Below, one piece after another: positions 9,782-18,610 of a stretch of 64,000 nt of DNA; position 1 is the stretch's first letter; every line of letters begins with the position of its first letter. The notes under the pieces were generated by a model. The model had not been told where the DNA came from. It saw only the letters and a list, made by a program, of their open reading frames with translations, and searched no databases. The stretch is from the NCBI GenBank assembly GCA_965202615.1, contig OZ241837.1:1288347-1352346 (forward strand). Reading direction: 5' to 3'. A program made the position numbers and the translations under genes. This stretch comes from Arenicellales bacterium (GTDB taxonomy: Bacteria > Pseudomonadota > Gammaproteobacteria > Arenicellales > JAJDZL01).

Positions 9782-9841
9782 TGGCTGATTCTCTTACTTG
9801 ATCCTGATACGTCGTCCTTAATGATACAGTCACAGATCTAA

Positions 9842-10594
9842 ATGAATATTCTCCTGATTAACCCGAATACCAGTGAGTTCGTTACGGAACGAGCCGTCGC
9901 TGCAGCACGACAGGCCGCTTCACCTGATACGACCGTTGACGGAGTAACAGGCACTTTCGGTGTGCCAATTATCAACAGCGAGGCGGACCTTGCAATTGGC
10001 GCATATTCGGCTTTGGAACTGGCTGCCAAACACGCCAAAGGGTATGACGCAGTTGGTTTGGCGGTTTCTTTCGATTGTGGCCTTAGCGCAATACGCGAGA
10101 TACTTGACATTCCTGTCGTTGGATTGGCCGAAGCGTCAATTCGTCAGGTCTTGCATCTTGGAGATCGGTTTAGCCTGATTTCTTTTGGCGAACGCACTCA
10201 ACCGCTTTATCAAGATCTCGTGCTGAGATATACCGACGCAAAGCACCTGGCTGGCGTCCACTGCATTCCTGGATTGCCGGCAAGCGACCTTAAGGACGCG
10301 ATCAAGCTCGAAATGCGAGCAGGAGAAGCGATTTATGAAGCGATTGAACTCACTGATTGCGATTCGGTAATTTTGCTGGCGACCGCTTTCGCAGGTATGG
10401 CGAGCCGTCTTTCGGCGCAAAATCCGATTGTGGATTGTGTCACTGCAATGATTGAGGTTCTGGAAAGATGCGTTTCTGACCCTGAATACAGCAAGACCTA
10501 TAAGAGCCCAACTTTTCCCGAACGAAAAAGAGTCCAAGGGGTATCGGCAGAACTTGAAAAATATTACAAGAATTTCCCCGATTTCTGCACATAA
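9842..10594 (+). CDS. Asp/Glu/hydantoin racemase family protein
   Basis: 250 aa. 'MNILLINPNTS' N-terminus and overall pattern typical of hydantoin/Asp-Glu racemase family members. Specific substrate unknown. Confidence 0.65.
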   Translation: MNILLINPNTSEFVTERAVAAARQAASPDTTVDGVTGTFGVPIINSEADLAIGAYSALELAAKHAKGYDAVGLAVSFDCGLSAIREILDIPVVGLAEASIRQVLHLGDRFSLISFGERTQPLYQDLVLRYTDAKHLAGVHCIPGLPASDLKDAIKLEMRAGEAIYEAIELTDCDSVILLATAFAGMASRLSAQNPIVDCVTAMIEVLERCVSDPEYSKTYKSPTFPERKRVQGVSAELEKYYKNFPDFCT

Positions 10595-10787
10595 TATTCT
10601 GGTTCGACTGGACGTGACTTTTTCGGGGCGGGCAGGACGCATACGCTGACTTCCACTACCGTTCATTATTGCTATAATTTTGCGCCGTGTTGCCTGAATC
10701 AGAAACACGTCCTACACTTCGCTTTTTAATAAAATTGATATGAAGCACCGGGACTTTTTTGATTGAACCATATGTTGAGGGACAGAG

Positions 10788-11384
10788 ATGGCTGACGAAC
10801 AAGTAGATAAGACGCGCAGACGGTTCCTGACTGGCGTAACTACTGGAGTGGGTGCGGCCGGTGCAGCAGTAGCCATGGTACCTTTCGTGGCCAGTATGAC
10901 ACCCAGTGCCAAGGCCCGAGCGGCTGGCGCTCCGGTTCAGGTTGACATTGGCGACCTGGAACCGGGAAAACTGATGAAGTTCGAGTGGCGCGGCAAACCT
11001 GTCTGGATCGTCCGACGTACACCTGAAATGCTCGACTCGCTTTCCGCAGTTGCCGACGAGTTGGCGGATCCGAACTCGGAAAGAGAACAACAGCCGACGT
11101 ACGCACAGAACGAAGCACGTTCCATCAATCCAGAAGTACTGGTATTGATCGGGCTGTGTACTCACCTTGGATGTTCACCGCTGGAACGACTCACACCCGG
11201 TGAGTTGGACGCTGAGTGGCAAGGCGGCTTTTTCTGTCCGTGTCACGGTTCGAAATTTGATCTTGCTGGACGAGTTTATAAAAATGTCCCGGCACCCACC
11301 AATCTCGAAGTTCCGCCTCACCGATTCTTGTCTGAAACCGAGGTCGAAATTGGCGTCGATACCGAAGCGGAAGATTTAGCGTAA
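10788..11384 (+). CDS. petA: ubiquinol-cytochrome c reductase Rieske iron-sulfur subunit
   Basis: Tat-like 'TRRRFL', Rieske boxes 'CTHLGC' and 'CPCHGS'. Followed by cytochrome b. Confidence 0.95.
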   Translation: MADEQVDKTRRRFLTGVTTGVGAAGAAVAMVPFVASMTPSAKARAAGAPVQVDIGDLEPGKLMKFEWRGKPVWIVRRTPEMLDSLSAVADELADPNSEREQQPTYAQNEARSINPEVLVLIGLCTHLGCSPLERLTPGELDAEWQGGFFCPCHGSKFDLAGRVYKNVPAPTNLEVPPHRFLSETEVEIGVDTEAEDLA

Positions 11385-12637
11385 TGAACAAGATTCTGAA
11401 ATGGGTCGACGACCGCTACCCGCTGATATCGTTCTGGGAAGAGCATCTGGCGAAATACTACGCGCCAAAGAACTTTAATTTCTGGTACTTTTTTGGCTCT
11501 CTTGCTTTAGTCGTACTGGTCATGCAGATCGTAACCGGAATTTTCCTGACGATGCATTACAAGCCCGATACGGAACTTGCGTTCGACTCGGTAGAGCACA
11601 TCATGCGGGATGTGTCTTGGGGCTGGCTGATGCGCTACCTGCACTCAACCGGTGCATCAATGTTCTTCGTCGTTGTCTACTTGCACATGTTCCGAGCAAT
11701 GCTGTATGGCTCTTATCGCGAACCGCGTGAATTGCTTTGGATTATCGGCATGGTGATTTATCTGACGTTGATGGCCGAGGCATTCTTTGGTTATCTGCTG
11801 CCTTGGGGAAATATGTCTTACTGGGGTGCGCAGGTCATTATTTCGCTGTTTGGAGCGATCCCGGTAATCGGTGAAGGACTGTCCGAATGGATTCGCGGCG
11901 ACTTTGTCGTATCCGATGCGACGTTAACGCGATTTTTCGCGTTTCACGTCATCCTGGTTCCATTAATGCTTGTTGGCCTGGTGTACTTGCACCTTATAGC
12001 GTTGCACAAGACCGGATCGAACAACCCCGATGGAATCGAAATCAAGAAGAACAAGGATGAGGCCGGCATACCGAAAGACGGAATTCCTTTCCATCCTTAC
12101 TACTCAGTGAAGGACCTGTTCGGCATTGGCGTGTTTCTTTTCATATTTTTTGCGATTACGTTTATGGTCCCGGATTTGTGGGGATGGTTTCTTGAGAGAG
12201 CGAACTTTGAACCGGCCAATGCGCTTCAGACACCGCCAGATATTATTCCGCTTTGGTACCTGACCCCTTACTATTCGATTTTGCGGGCGGTAACCTACCC
12301 CTTGTTCGGGGTTGACGCGAAGCTCTGGGGTGTGATCTCTATGGGGTTTGCAATTTTTCTGCTGTTTTTGCTTCCATGGCTTGACCGTTCGCCGGTGAAG
12401 TCCATTCGCTACCGGGGATGGATGTTCAAGTCTGCTCTGGCAGTGTTTTCAGTCTCTTTTGTGTTGCTGGGTTACCTGGGAACAAAAAATCCCCAGGCAA
12501 TTGACCTGATTTTCTTTACCAATGTCCGCTGGGCGCAGATTTGCTACTTCCTGTACTTTGCTTTCTTTTTGCTGATGCCGATTTATTCGAGGCTTGACCC
12601 GGTTAAGCCTGTCCCTGAACGGGTGACGATGAAATGA
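11384..12637 (+). CDS. petB: cytochrome b
   Basis: 417 aa polytopic protein. 'NFNFWYFFGSL', 'RYLHSTGASMFF', 'PEWYLLP-like IPLWYLTPYY' are classic cytochrome b motifs. Confidence 0.95.
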   Translation: MNKILKWVDDRYPLISFWEEHLAKYYAPKNFNFWYFFGSLALVVLVMQIVTGIFLTMHYKPDTELAFDSVEHIMRDVSWGWLMRYLHSTGASMFFVVVYLHMFRAMLYGSYREPRELLWIIGMVIYLTLMAEAFFGYLLPWGNMSYWGAQVIISLFGAIPVIGEGLSEWIRGDFVVSDATLTRFFAFHVILVPLMLVGLVYLHLIALHKTGSNNPDGIEIKKNKDEAGIPKDGIPFHPYYSVKDLFGIGVFLFIFFAITFMVPDLWGWFLERANFEPANALQTPPDIIPLWYLTPYYSILRAVTYPLFGVDAKLWGVISMGFAIFLLFLLPWLDRSPVKSIRYRGWMFKSALAVFSVSFVLLGYLGTKNPQAIDLIFFTNVRWAQICYFLYFAFFLLMPIYSRLDPVKPVPERVTMK

Positions 12638-13293
12638 GCATTCGAATTGTCATCGCGATTGTATTGATGGTTTTTGCTGGAAACAGTTTTGCAGCAGGTG
12701 GGGGCAATGAAAATCTGGACTCTGTTCATGTCAATTTGAAAAACACCGAGTCGCTGCAAAAAGGTGCCAGCACGTTCGCAAACTATTGTCTTTCCTGTCA
12801 TGGCATCAAGTACATGCGTTACAACCGTATGGCTGAGGACCTTGGAATTAATGACGAGGTATTGCGAGACAATTTTCTGCAGCCCTCTCAAAAGCCGAGT
12901 GATTCGATGGCAGTCACCATGTCCGAAGATGATGCTAAAAGGTGGTTTGGTACGGCACCTCCGGATTTAAGTCTTGTCGCACGTTCGCGAAGCCCGGAGT
13001 GGATCTATACCTTTTTGAGAAGTTATCGAGTTGATGAAAATTCGGTTCACGGGTGGAATAACGATTTGTTCCCGGATGTGGCGATGCCACATGTGCTTTA
13101 TGACGTACAGCAAAGCACAACTCGCGAGGAGTACGACAAAAAAGTTCGGGACCTAACCAATTTTCTTGTCTATGTAGCCGAACCGGCTAAACTTGTCCGA
13201 TATAACATTGGAATCTGGGTTCTGATATTCACAGCAGTGTTTACCGCTTGTGCCTACCTGCTGAAGAAAGAATATTGGAAAGATATACACTAG
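12634..13293 (+). CDS. petC: cytochrome c1
   Basis: Signal peptide, heme motif 'CLSCHG', 'PPDLS', C-terminal TM anchor. Overlaps the petB stop by 4 nt. Confidence 0.9.
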   Translation: MSIRIVIAIVLMVFAGNSFAAGGGNENLDSVHVNLKNTESLQKGASTFANYCLSCHGIKYMRYNRMAEDLGINDEVLRDNFLQPSQKPSDSMAVTMSEDDAKRWFGTAPPDLSLVARSRSPEWIYTFLRSYRVDENSVHGWNNDLFPDVAMPHVLYDVQQSTTREEYDKKVRDLTNFLVYVAEPAKLVRYNIGIWVLIFTAVFTACAYLLKKEYWKDIH

Positions 13294-13371
13294 CGCTTGA
13301 AAAATTACATCGAGTCCCCAAATTCTGAATCTATACGAATTAGAAACCCGTTTCGATGAGGGTTCCAGAAA

Positions 13372-14004
13372 ATGAATGATTCGTTTCAGAATCGCCGGGC
13401 CGGTATGACGCTCTATTCAACGGTTTCCTGCATAGAAGGTCATGCCTGTCGCTTGGTGCTTCACGAAAAAGAAGTTGAGTGCGATGTGGAATATGTCGAT
13501 CTTTCTCGAAATCCAAACTGGATTACGGAAAACAACCCCTACGGGGAAAGTCCAACCCTGATCGATCGCGAGTTGGTACTTTACGGTTCTCACATCATCG
13601 CGGAGTACCTGGACGACCGGCTTCCTCACCCGCCTTTGATGCCACCCGACCCGGTCAATCGGGGCAGGGTACGCATGATGATTTACCGTGCTCAGCGGGA
13701 CTGGTTGGGAAGGCTGCGGCAGCATGATGAAAAAAAGCAAAAACCACCGAAGCAGCTGCGCGATACGGTTCTTCGTGACCTGTGTGTGATGGCCCAGTTT
13801 TTCAGTACACAGCAGTTTTGGCTCGAAGACGAGTTTACGCTGGTTGATTGTTTTATCGCGCCGTTGCTTTGGCGTTTGCCGCATTATGGAATCGAGTTGC
13901 CGCCTCAAGCCAGAGTCATCAATACTTACGCCCACCGTTTGTTCCAACGAGGGTCCTTCTCAAAGAGTCTAAGTCCTTTCGAACGGGATTTACAGCCAAA
14001 TTAG
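13372..14004 (+). CDS. sspA: stringent starvation protein A
   Basis: GST-fold protein, 'MTLYS...ESPTLIDRELVLYGSHIIAEYLDDRLPHPPLMP'. Sits after petABC as in many Gammaproteobacteria. Confidence 0.9.
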   Translation: MNDSFQNRRAGMTLYSTVSCIEGHACRLVLHEKEVECDVEYVDLSRNPNWITENNPYGESPTLIDRELVLYGSHIIAEYLDDRLPHPPLMPPDPVNRGRVRMMIYRAQRDWLGRLRQHDEKKQKPPKQLRDTVLRDLCVMAQFFSTQQFWLEDEFTLVDCFIAPLLWRLPHYGIELPPQARVINTYAHRLFQRGSFSKSLSPFERDLQPN

Positions 14005-14011
14005 AACTGGT

Positions 14012-14431
14012 GTGGTGTCAAAAATTCCATATTTGATTGATGCCATTCGGCAGTGGGCGATGGATTCGAATTTTACACCGCAGCTGCTGATCAATGCGGA
14101 TCATCCCGGTGTTGCAATACCATTCGATCGCATCCAGATCAAAGATAGCGAACTGGTGCTGAATGTTCATGAGCAGGCGGTCGATGGTTTTCATTATCAG
14201 GACGATGAAATCCTGTTTAAGACTCGATTTTCAGGTCAGCCATTTGAAGTCGCGATACCCTTTGATGCGGTGATTGCAGTGTTTACCCGGGAAACGCATG
14301 AAGGGCTGCATTTGCGGTCAATTTCGCGCGCGGAACAGAGCGCCGAAGTCGACGAAAACGCAACCGAAGCGCCATCCGATGAATCATCTCCCTCCTCACT
14401 CGGAAAGCCGCATTTGACGGTTGTGAAGTAG
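14012..14431 (+). CDS. sspB: stringent starvation protein B (ClpXP adaptor)
   Basis: 'PYLIDAIRQWAMDSNFTPQLLINA', acidic linker, C-terminal 'KPHLTVVK' ClpX-binding-like tail. GTG start. Confidence 0.85.
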   Translation: MVSKIPYLIDAIRQWAMDSNFTPQLLINADHPGVAIPFDRIQIKDSELVLNVHEQAVDGFHYQDDEILFKTRFSGQPFEVAIPFDAVIAVFTRETHEGLHLRSISRAEQSAEVDENATEAPSDESSPSSLGKPHLTVVK

Positions 14432-14437
14432 GTTGAT

Positions 14438-15007
14438 TTGTCACATTCCAGCACTTCGCAAGGAGACTCTTTGATCATTCGCAGTACAACGATTCTGTCG
14501 GTTCGCAGGGGTGACAGCGTAGTTCTGGGAGGAGACGGTCAGGTATCGCTCGGAGACACCGTGATCAAGTCAAACGCGAGCAAAGTTCGCAGGCTGTACA
14601 ACGACCAGGTGCTCGCAGGATTTGCAGGAAGCGCGGCGGATGGATTCACGCTGTTCGGGCGATTTGAAGGCAAGTTGCAGGAACGTTCCGGCAACCTGAT
14701 GCGCGCTGCAATTGAGTTGGCAAAGGACTGGCGAACTGATCGATATTTGAGACGCCTGGAGGCCTTGCTTGTTGTTTGTGACCGCGACTTTTCTTTGATA
14801 ATTTCCGGCAACGGAGATGTCATCGAGCCGGAGGGCGGTCTGATGGCAATTGGTTCGGGTGGAAACTACGCCAAAGCGGCAGCCCAGGCACTATTGGAAT
14901 CTACTGATCTCAGCGCAAGAGAAATAGTCGAAAAGAGTCTTGAAATTGCCGGAAAAATTTGCGTTTACACTAATCAGCATCTTACTATTGAGGAATTGGG
15001 GGAATAG
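14438..15007 (+). CDS. hslV: ATP-dependent protease subunit HslV
   Basis: '[23 protein letters not shown]...[13 protein letters not shown]...GSGGNYA'. The likely real start is TTG at 14471, preceded by AGGAG at 14461-14465. That leaves 'MIIRS' before the catalytic Thr codon at 14486. Confidence 0.95.
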   Translation: MSHSSTSQGDSLIIRSTTILSVRRGDSVVLGGDGQVSLGDTVIKSNASKVRRLYNDQVLAGFAGSAADGFTLFGRFEGKLQERSGNLMRAAIELAKDWRTDRYLRRLEALLVVCDRDFSLIISGNGDVIEPEGGLMAIGSGGNYAKAAAQALLESTDLSAREIVEKSLEIAGKICVYTNQHLTIEELGE

Positions 15008-15013
15008 AACACT

Positions 15014-16354
15014 GTGTCGGCAATGACACCCAGAGAAATCGTCCAGGAGCTGGACAAACATATCATCGGCCAGGTGGATGCGAAACGAGCCGTCGCCAAT
15101 GCGCTGCGCAATCGATGGCGTCGCATGAATGTTCCGGATGATGAATTGCGGGCTGAAATCACACCCAAGAACATCCTGATGATCGGTCCTACTGGTGTCG
15201 GTAAAACCGAAATCGCGAGGCGCCTGGCGAAACTGGCGAATTCACCGTTCATCAAGGTTGAAGCTTCGAAATTTACGGAAGTCGGTTATGTCGGTCGCGA
15301 AGTCGACTCGATTATTCGGGATTTGCTCGACATGGCAATCAAGCTGGTGCGTGAAGATCAGATGGAAAAGGTACGGGTCAAGGCCGAAGCGGCAGCCGAG
15401 GAGCGAGTGTTGGACGCGCTGATTCCACCACCAAGGTCCAGTTCGGATGATGCTGTTCAACTCGCCGAGGACAAGACAGACGGTCCGGCACGAAAAAAAT
15501 TTCGTCGAATGCTAAGGGAAGGCGTATTGGACAAGCAGGAAATCGACATTGACGTCAGCACCTCGATTGGCGTTGAAATTTTCGGCCCTCCCGGACTTGA
15601 AGAGATGACCAATCAGCTGCAGAGCATGATGCAGAGCATGGGTTCACAAAAGAGTCGCGCGCGCAGGGTTACGGTCGAGCAGGCGATGAAACTGCTGACC
15701 GATGAAGAAGCGGACCGGCTGATCAATGACGAGGACATCAAACATGACGCCATCACGCGGGTTGAGGAAAACGGAATCGTATTTCTCGACGAGATCGACA
15801 AAATTGTCGGAAATTCACATAGTCACGGTCCTGATGTGTCGCGCGAAGGTGTTCAGCGCGACCTGTTGCCGCTGATTGAAGGCTCTACGGTTTCAACGCG
15901 TCACGGCATGGTGAAATCCGACCACATTCTGTTCATTGCATCGGGCGCGTTCCAAGTGGCCAAACCATCCGACCTGATTCCCGAACTGCAGGGCAGATTG
16001 CCCATTCGAGTGGAGCTCGACGCACTCACAACCGAAGATTTTGTTCGAATTCTGACTGAAACCGACAGCTCACTGACTCAGCAATACACCGAGTTGATGA
16101 AGACAGAAGGGCTGAAACTGACTTTTGAGATGTCCGGCGTTCAGAATATTGCGGAGTATTCCTGGCGCGTCAACGAAACAACCGAGAATATCGGTGCGCG
16201 ACGTTTGCATACCGTAATGGAACGGTTGCTTGAAAACATCTCGTACGAAGCGGCGGACCGAAGCGGTGAATCTGTCGTTGTCGATCAGGAATTTGTCGAC
16301 AATGAACTCAAGGGTCTCGTCGAAGATCAGGAATTGTCGCGCTATATCCTCTGA
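15014..16354 (+). CDS. hslU: ATP-dependent protease ATPase subunit HslU
   Basis: '[17 protein letters not shown]', Walker A '[15 protein letters not shown]', 'VFLDEIDKI', C-terminal 'ELSRYIL'. Confidence 0.97.
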   Translation: MSAMTPREIVQELDKHIIGQVDAKRAVANALRNRWRRMNVPDDELRAEITPKNILMIGPTGVGKTEIARRLAKLANSPFIKVEASKFTEVGYVGREVDSIIRDLLDMAIKLVREDQMEKVRVKAEAAAEERVLDALIPPPRSSSDDAVQLAEDKTDGPARKKFRRMLREGVLDKQEIDIDVSTSIGVEIFGPPGLEEMTNQLQSMMQSMGSQKSRARRVTVEQAMKLLTDEEADRLINDEDIKHDAITRVEENGIVFLDEIDKIVGNSHSHGPDVSREGVQRDLLPLIEGSTVSTRHGMVKSDHILFIASGAFQVAKPSDLIPELQGRLPIRVELDALTTEDFVRILTETDSSLTQQYTELMKTEGLKLTFEMSGVQNIAEYSWRVNETTENIGARRLHTVMERLLENISYEAADRSGESVVVDQEFVDNELKGLVEDQELSRYIL

Positions 16355-16424
16355 TTTTAAAATTTGCAGAGTCTAGAGTGATCACACTACCCCAATCTCC
16401 CCAATTCGTCGTCTCTGAATAGTT

Positions 16425-16962
16425 CATTTATCGGCGATATATCATTGTTCCTATTGCATATCGCTGTCATTATGCCTGGTTTGAAATTGCAAGAAACGGT
16501 ATTATTGACCATTATTTCCTTGCGATTTCGAGGGTATAAATCAAGCCTTCCAAACCACAAAATCGGGACCAGGGCGAACTATTCCGCAGCCGCCTTGACA
16601 GCCAGATCAACATCAAGCAAGAACTGTTGTGACTGGCAGCTCTGATCGACTGGACCGTGTTTGATGATTGTTTCGGTGAGCTGTATGACGCCGAGGTCGG
16701 CTGTCCGGGAAATCCCGCCCGGCTGATGGTGGGATTGCTGTATTTGAAACACATTCACAAGTTGTCCGATGAGCAGTTGGTCATTGGTTGGCTGGAAAAT
16801 CCATACTGGCAGTACTTTTGCGGCGAGAGTCACTTTCAGACCGACTGGCCAATTGATCCGGGCTCTTTGACCGGTATCGTCAGCGCGTTGGGGAGAAAGG
16901 TTGTGAATGGTTGTTGCAACAGACGATATTCAATATTAACAATGATATATCTCTGATAAATG
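16425..16962. mobile_element. internally deleted IS5/IS1182-like insertion sequence remnant bounded by imperfect terminal inverted repeats
   Basis: Left 16425-16447 'catttatcggcgatatatcattg'. The reverse complement of right 16940-16962 is 'catttatcagagatatatcattg' (21 of 23 positions identical). The repeats enclose only a broken transposase N-terminus. Confidence 0.6.
16540..16935 (+). pseudogene. IS5-family transposase N-terminal fragment (InsH-N/DUF772-like), disrupted
   Basis: Translation 'QGELFRSRLDSQINIKQELL*LAALIDWTVFDDCFGELY...GNPARLMVGLLYLKHIHKLSDEQLVIGWLENPYWQYFCGE'. No start codon, in-frame TGA at 16630. A frameshift near 16870 restores 'RYRQRVGEKGCEWLLQQTI'. The catalytic DDE part is absent. 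Confidence 0.7.
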
Positions 16963-17241
16963 GATAATTCAGGGACGACTGAATTCAATTTAGACGATGC
17001 AACCGTAGGAGCGGTTTGTCAATCTGATCTAGATGTATGGGCGGCTGTTACACCAGTAAATGCCTTAAATACTGATTCGTTATTCCTCACTATGAGTCTT
17101 GAGTGCTCATTATCAGATGATGGGATAGAAATCCGAAACTACTTCAATGAGACAAACAGAATCGTTTGTCCAACTGCTGGATTAGGAGGGAATCGTTGCC
17201 TCACCGATGCGACAACTCATCCAAAAGGCTTTTGGGAATGA
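16960..17241 (+). CDS. hypothetical protein (orphan ORF)
   Basis: 93 aa ORF starting inside the right IS inverted repeat. No motif recognised. Coding status uncertain. Confidence 0.25.
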   Translation: MDNSGTTEFNLDDATVGAVCQSDLDVWAAVTPVNALNTDSLFLTMSLECSLSDDGIEIRNYFNETNRIVCPTAGLGGNRCLTDATTHPKGFWE

Positions 17242-17301
17242 GAATGTGACTTGCCGCAGATAACTTTAACTTATTGAACATTTGATAAAAGGTGAATATG
17301 T

Positions 17302-17496
17302 ATGAATTCGCTCAAATCTAAGAAGTCTAGCAAGACTGACGAACTCGAACAACGCTTATACAAATCTGCTACTTTGAATTTAACACCGGAAGAAAGAAGG
17401 GCTCAACGAGTTTCATATTTGTTATCAATTGCAGACGAAATTGATGACGACACTATTAAACAAGCAGAAAAAACAATCGATGAAATGTACAAATGA
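17302..17496 (+). CDS. small charged protein, possible antitoxin-like partner of the downstream Fic-like remnant
   Basis: 64 aa. 'aggtga' SD 6 nt before the ATG. The stop overlaps the next ORF start (ATGA). Lys/Glu/Asp-rich helical sequence. Confidence 0.4.
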   Translation: MNSLKSKKSSKTDELEQRLYKSATLNLTPEERRAQRVSYLLSIADEIDDDTIKQAEKTIDEMYK

Positions 17497-17836
17497 TTGT
17501 TTATGAGTTGACAGGTGCAGAACAACACCCGAAATACAAAAGACTGGAGGAGTCTAATCTAATCAGGCAACTCAACTTTATGGAATCATTGGTTAATACG
17601 GCTGTCAATATTGATCGTAAATTCTTGTCCCAAATAGTTATCAAAGCATTAAATTACCAGGCAATTGCATGTTTGCATGTAAGGCCGGAGAATATCGTCC
17701 TTGCCAAGTAGTTGCACTCATTAACCCGCTATCGCCTGATGGACAGTTTTGCCCAAATTTTTTGACGCTCGGTATTTCGTTGGAAATGGGTACCGTCGGG
17801 GCAAATTACGGCTTCGGCGCGTTAAATGCAGCCTGA
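17493..17836 (+). pseudogene. Fic-family protein N-terminal fragment, frameshifted and truncated
   Basis: 'FLSQIVIKALNYQAIACLHV'. After a 1-nt frame change near 17682 it reads 'AGEYRPCQV', a context I recall from Fic proteins upstream of the core. No HxFx(D/E)GNGRxxR motif follows. Confidence 0.4.
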
Positions 17837-18108
17837 AGCGGTTTTCACTTCCGATGAGTTGACTTTCATTGCTTCGAAATTCGTCAGAAAATCGTTATAT
17901 TCAAGGGCGACTAATTCATTTTTTTCGCGAGAAGCGTTCGAGCCGCTTCAATATGTGACCGGTTTACTGATCTATCGAAGGATTTAATGGCAGGTGGTCC
18001 CGTTCGTGTATTGTGGGGTTTGCGCGAACAGAATGATCACGATAGGCAAACACACAGCGTTCCGACTTGGATGTTCACGTTGATCTGATTCAGAATCGAT
18101 ATGGGTCT

Positions 18109-18330
18109 CTACACCCTTTTCTTCGGTCCGACTTCAACTGCATTCTGGATCGATTGATCTTTTTCAGCGCGCTCCATCAGTTTTCGCTGATCTTCAATGG
18201 CCTCTCTCATCACGTGTTCAAAAACTTTTTTCTTTTTGCTCGCGCTGGCGTTCCGAATAAAGTCTGCAAAAGGATTGACGTATTCGGGCTCTTTTGTGAA
18301 TTTTCGACGCACAGTTTCAAACATGGTCAC
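18109..18330 (-). CDS. hypothetical small basic protein
   Basis: 73 aa, 'PFADFIRNASASKKKKVFEHVMREAIEDQRKLMERAEK'. Looks protein-like, unlike its antisense partner ORF. Family not recognised. Confidence 0.4.
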   Translation of the reverse strand: MTMFETVRRKFTKEPEYVNPFADFIRNASASKKKKVFEHVMREAIEDQRKLMERAEKDQSIQNAVEVGPKKRV

Positions 18331-18518
18331 TGATTATATTTTGTGAACTTTTTGGTATTGTCTTTACTGTATTTTCCATTAGATGATTATCAATTTAGTC
18401 AGTGGTGAAATAATTTGTTCAGCTCACTTGCAGATTGATCGCGTTCCATTAAATATGAAATTTTAAGACTGCTTCAATTCAATTTCGTGAACCCGGTCCA
18501 CAAGAGTAGATGTTGCGA

Positions 18519-18546
18519 CTTGAAAAACTTTTCATCACCTCCATAT
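18519..18546 (+). promoter_or_regulatory. sigma-32 (RpoH) type heat-shock promoter for the Hsp20 gene
   Basis: 'CTTGAAA' at 18519-18525, a 13-nt spacer, then 'CTCCATAT' at 18539-18546. Compare the consensus CTTGAAA-N13/14-CCCCATNT. Confidence 0.6.
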
Positions 18547-18610
18547 AGCAGGTATCGATTCACAAAATCACATTTTGTGGCTTAACTTAACACGTAGAGG
18601 TGATGAATTA

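Noticed and set aside
17776-17799. The string YFVGNGYRR in a third frame, reminiscent of the Fic core HxFx(D/E)GNGRxxR.
   Set aside because: The spacing between Phe and GNG is one residue short, His is absent, the frame opens only at 17740, and it lies too close to the AGEYR segment. I take it as probably coincidental and mention it only as a weak secondary clue.
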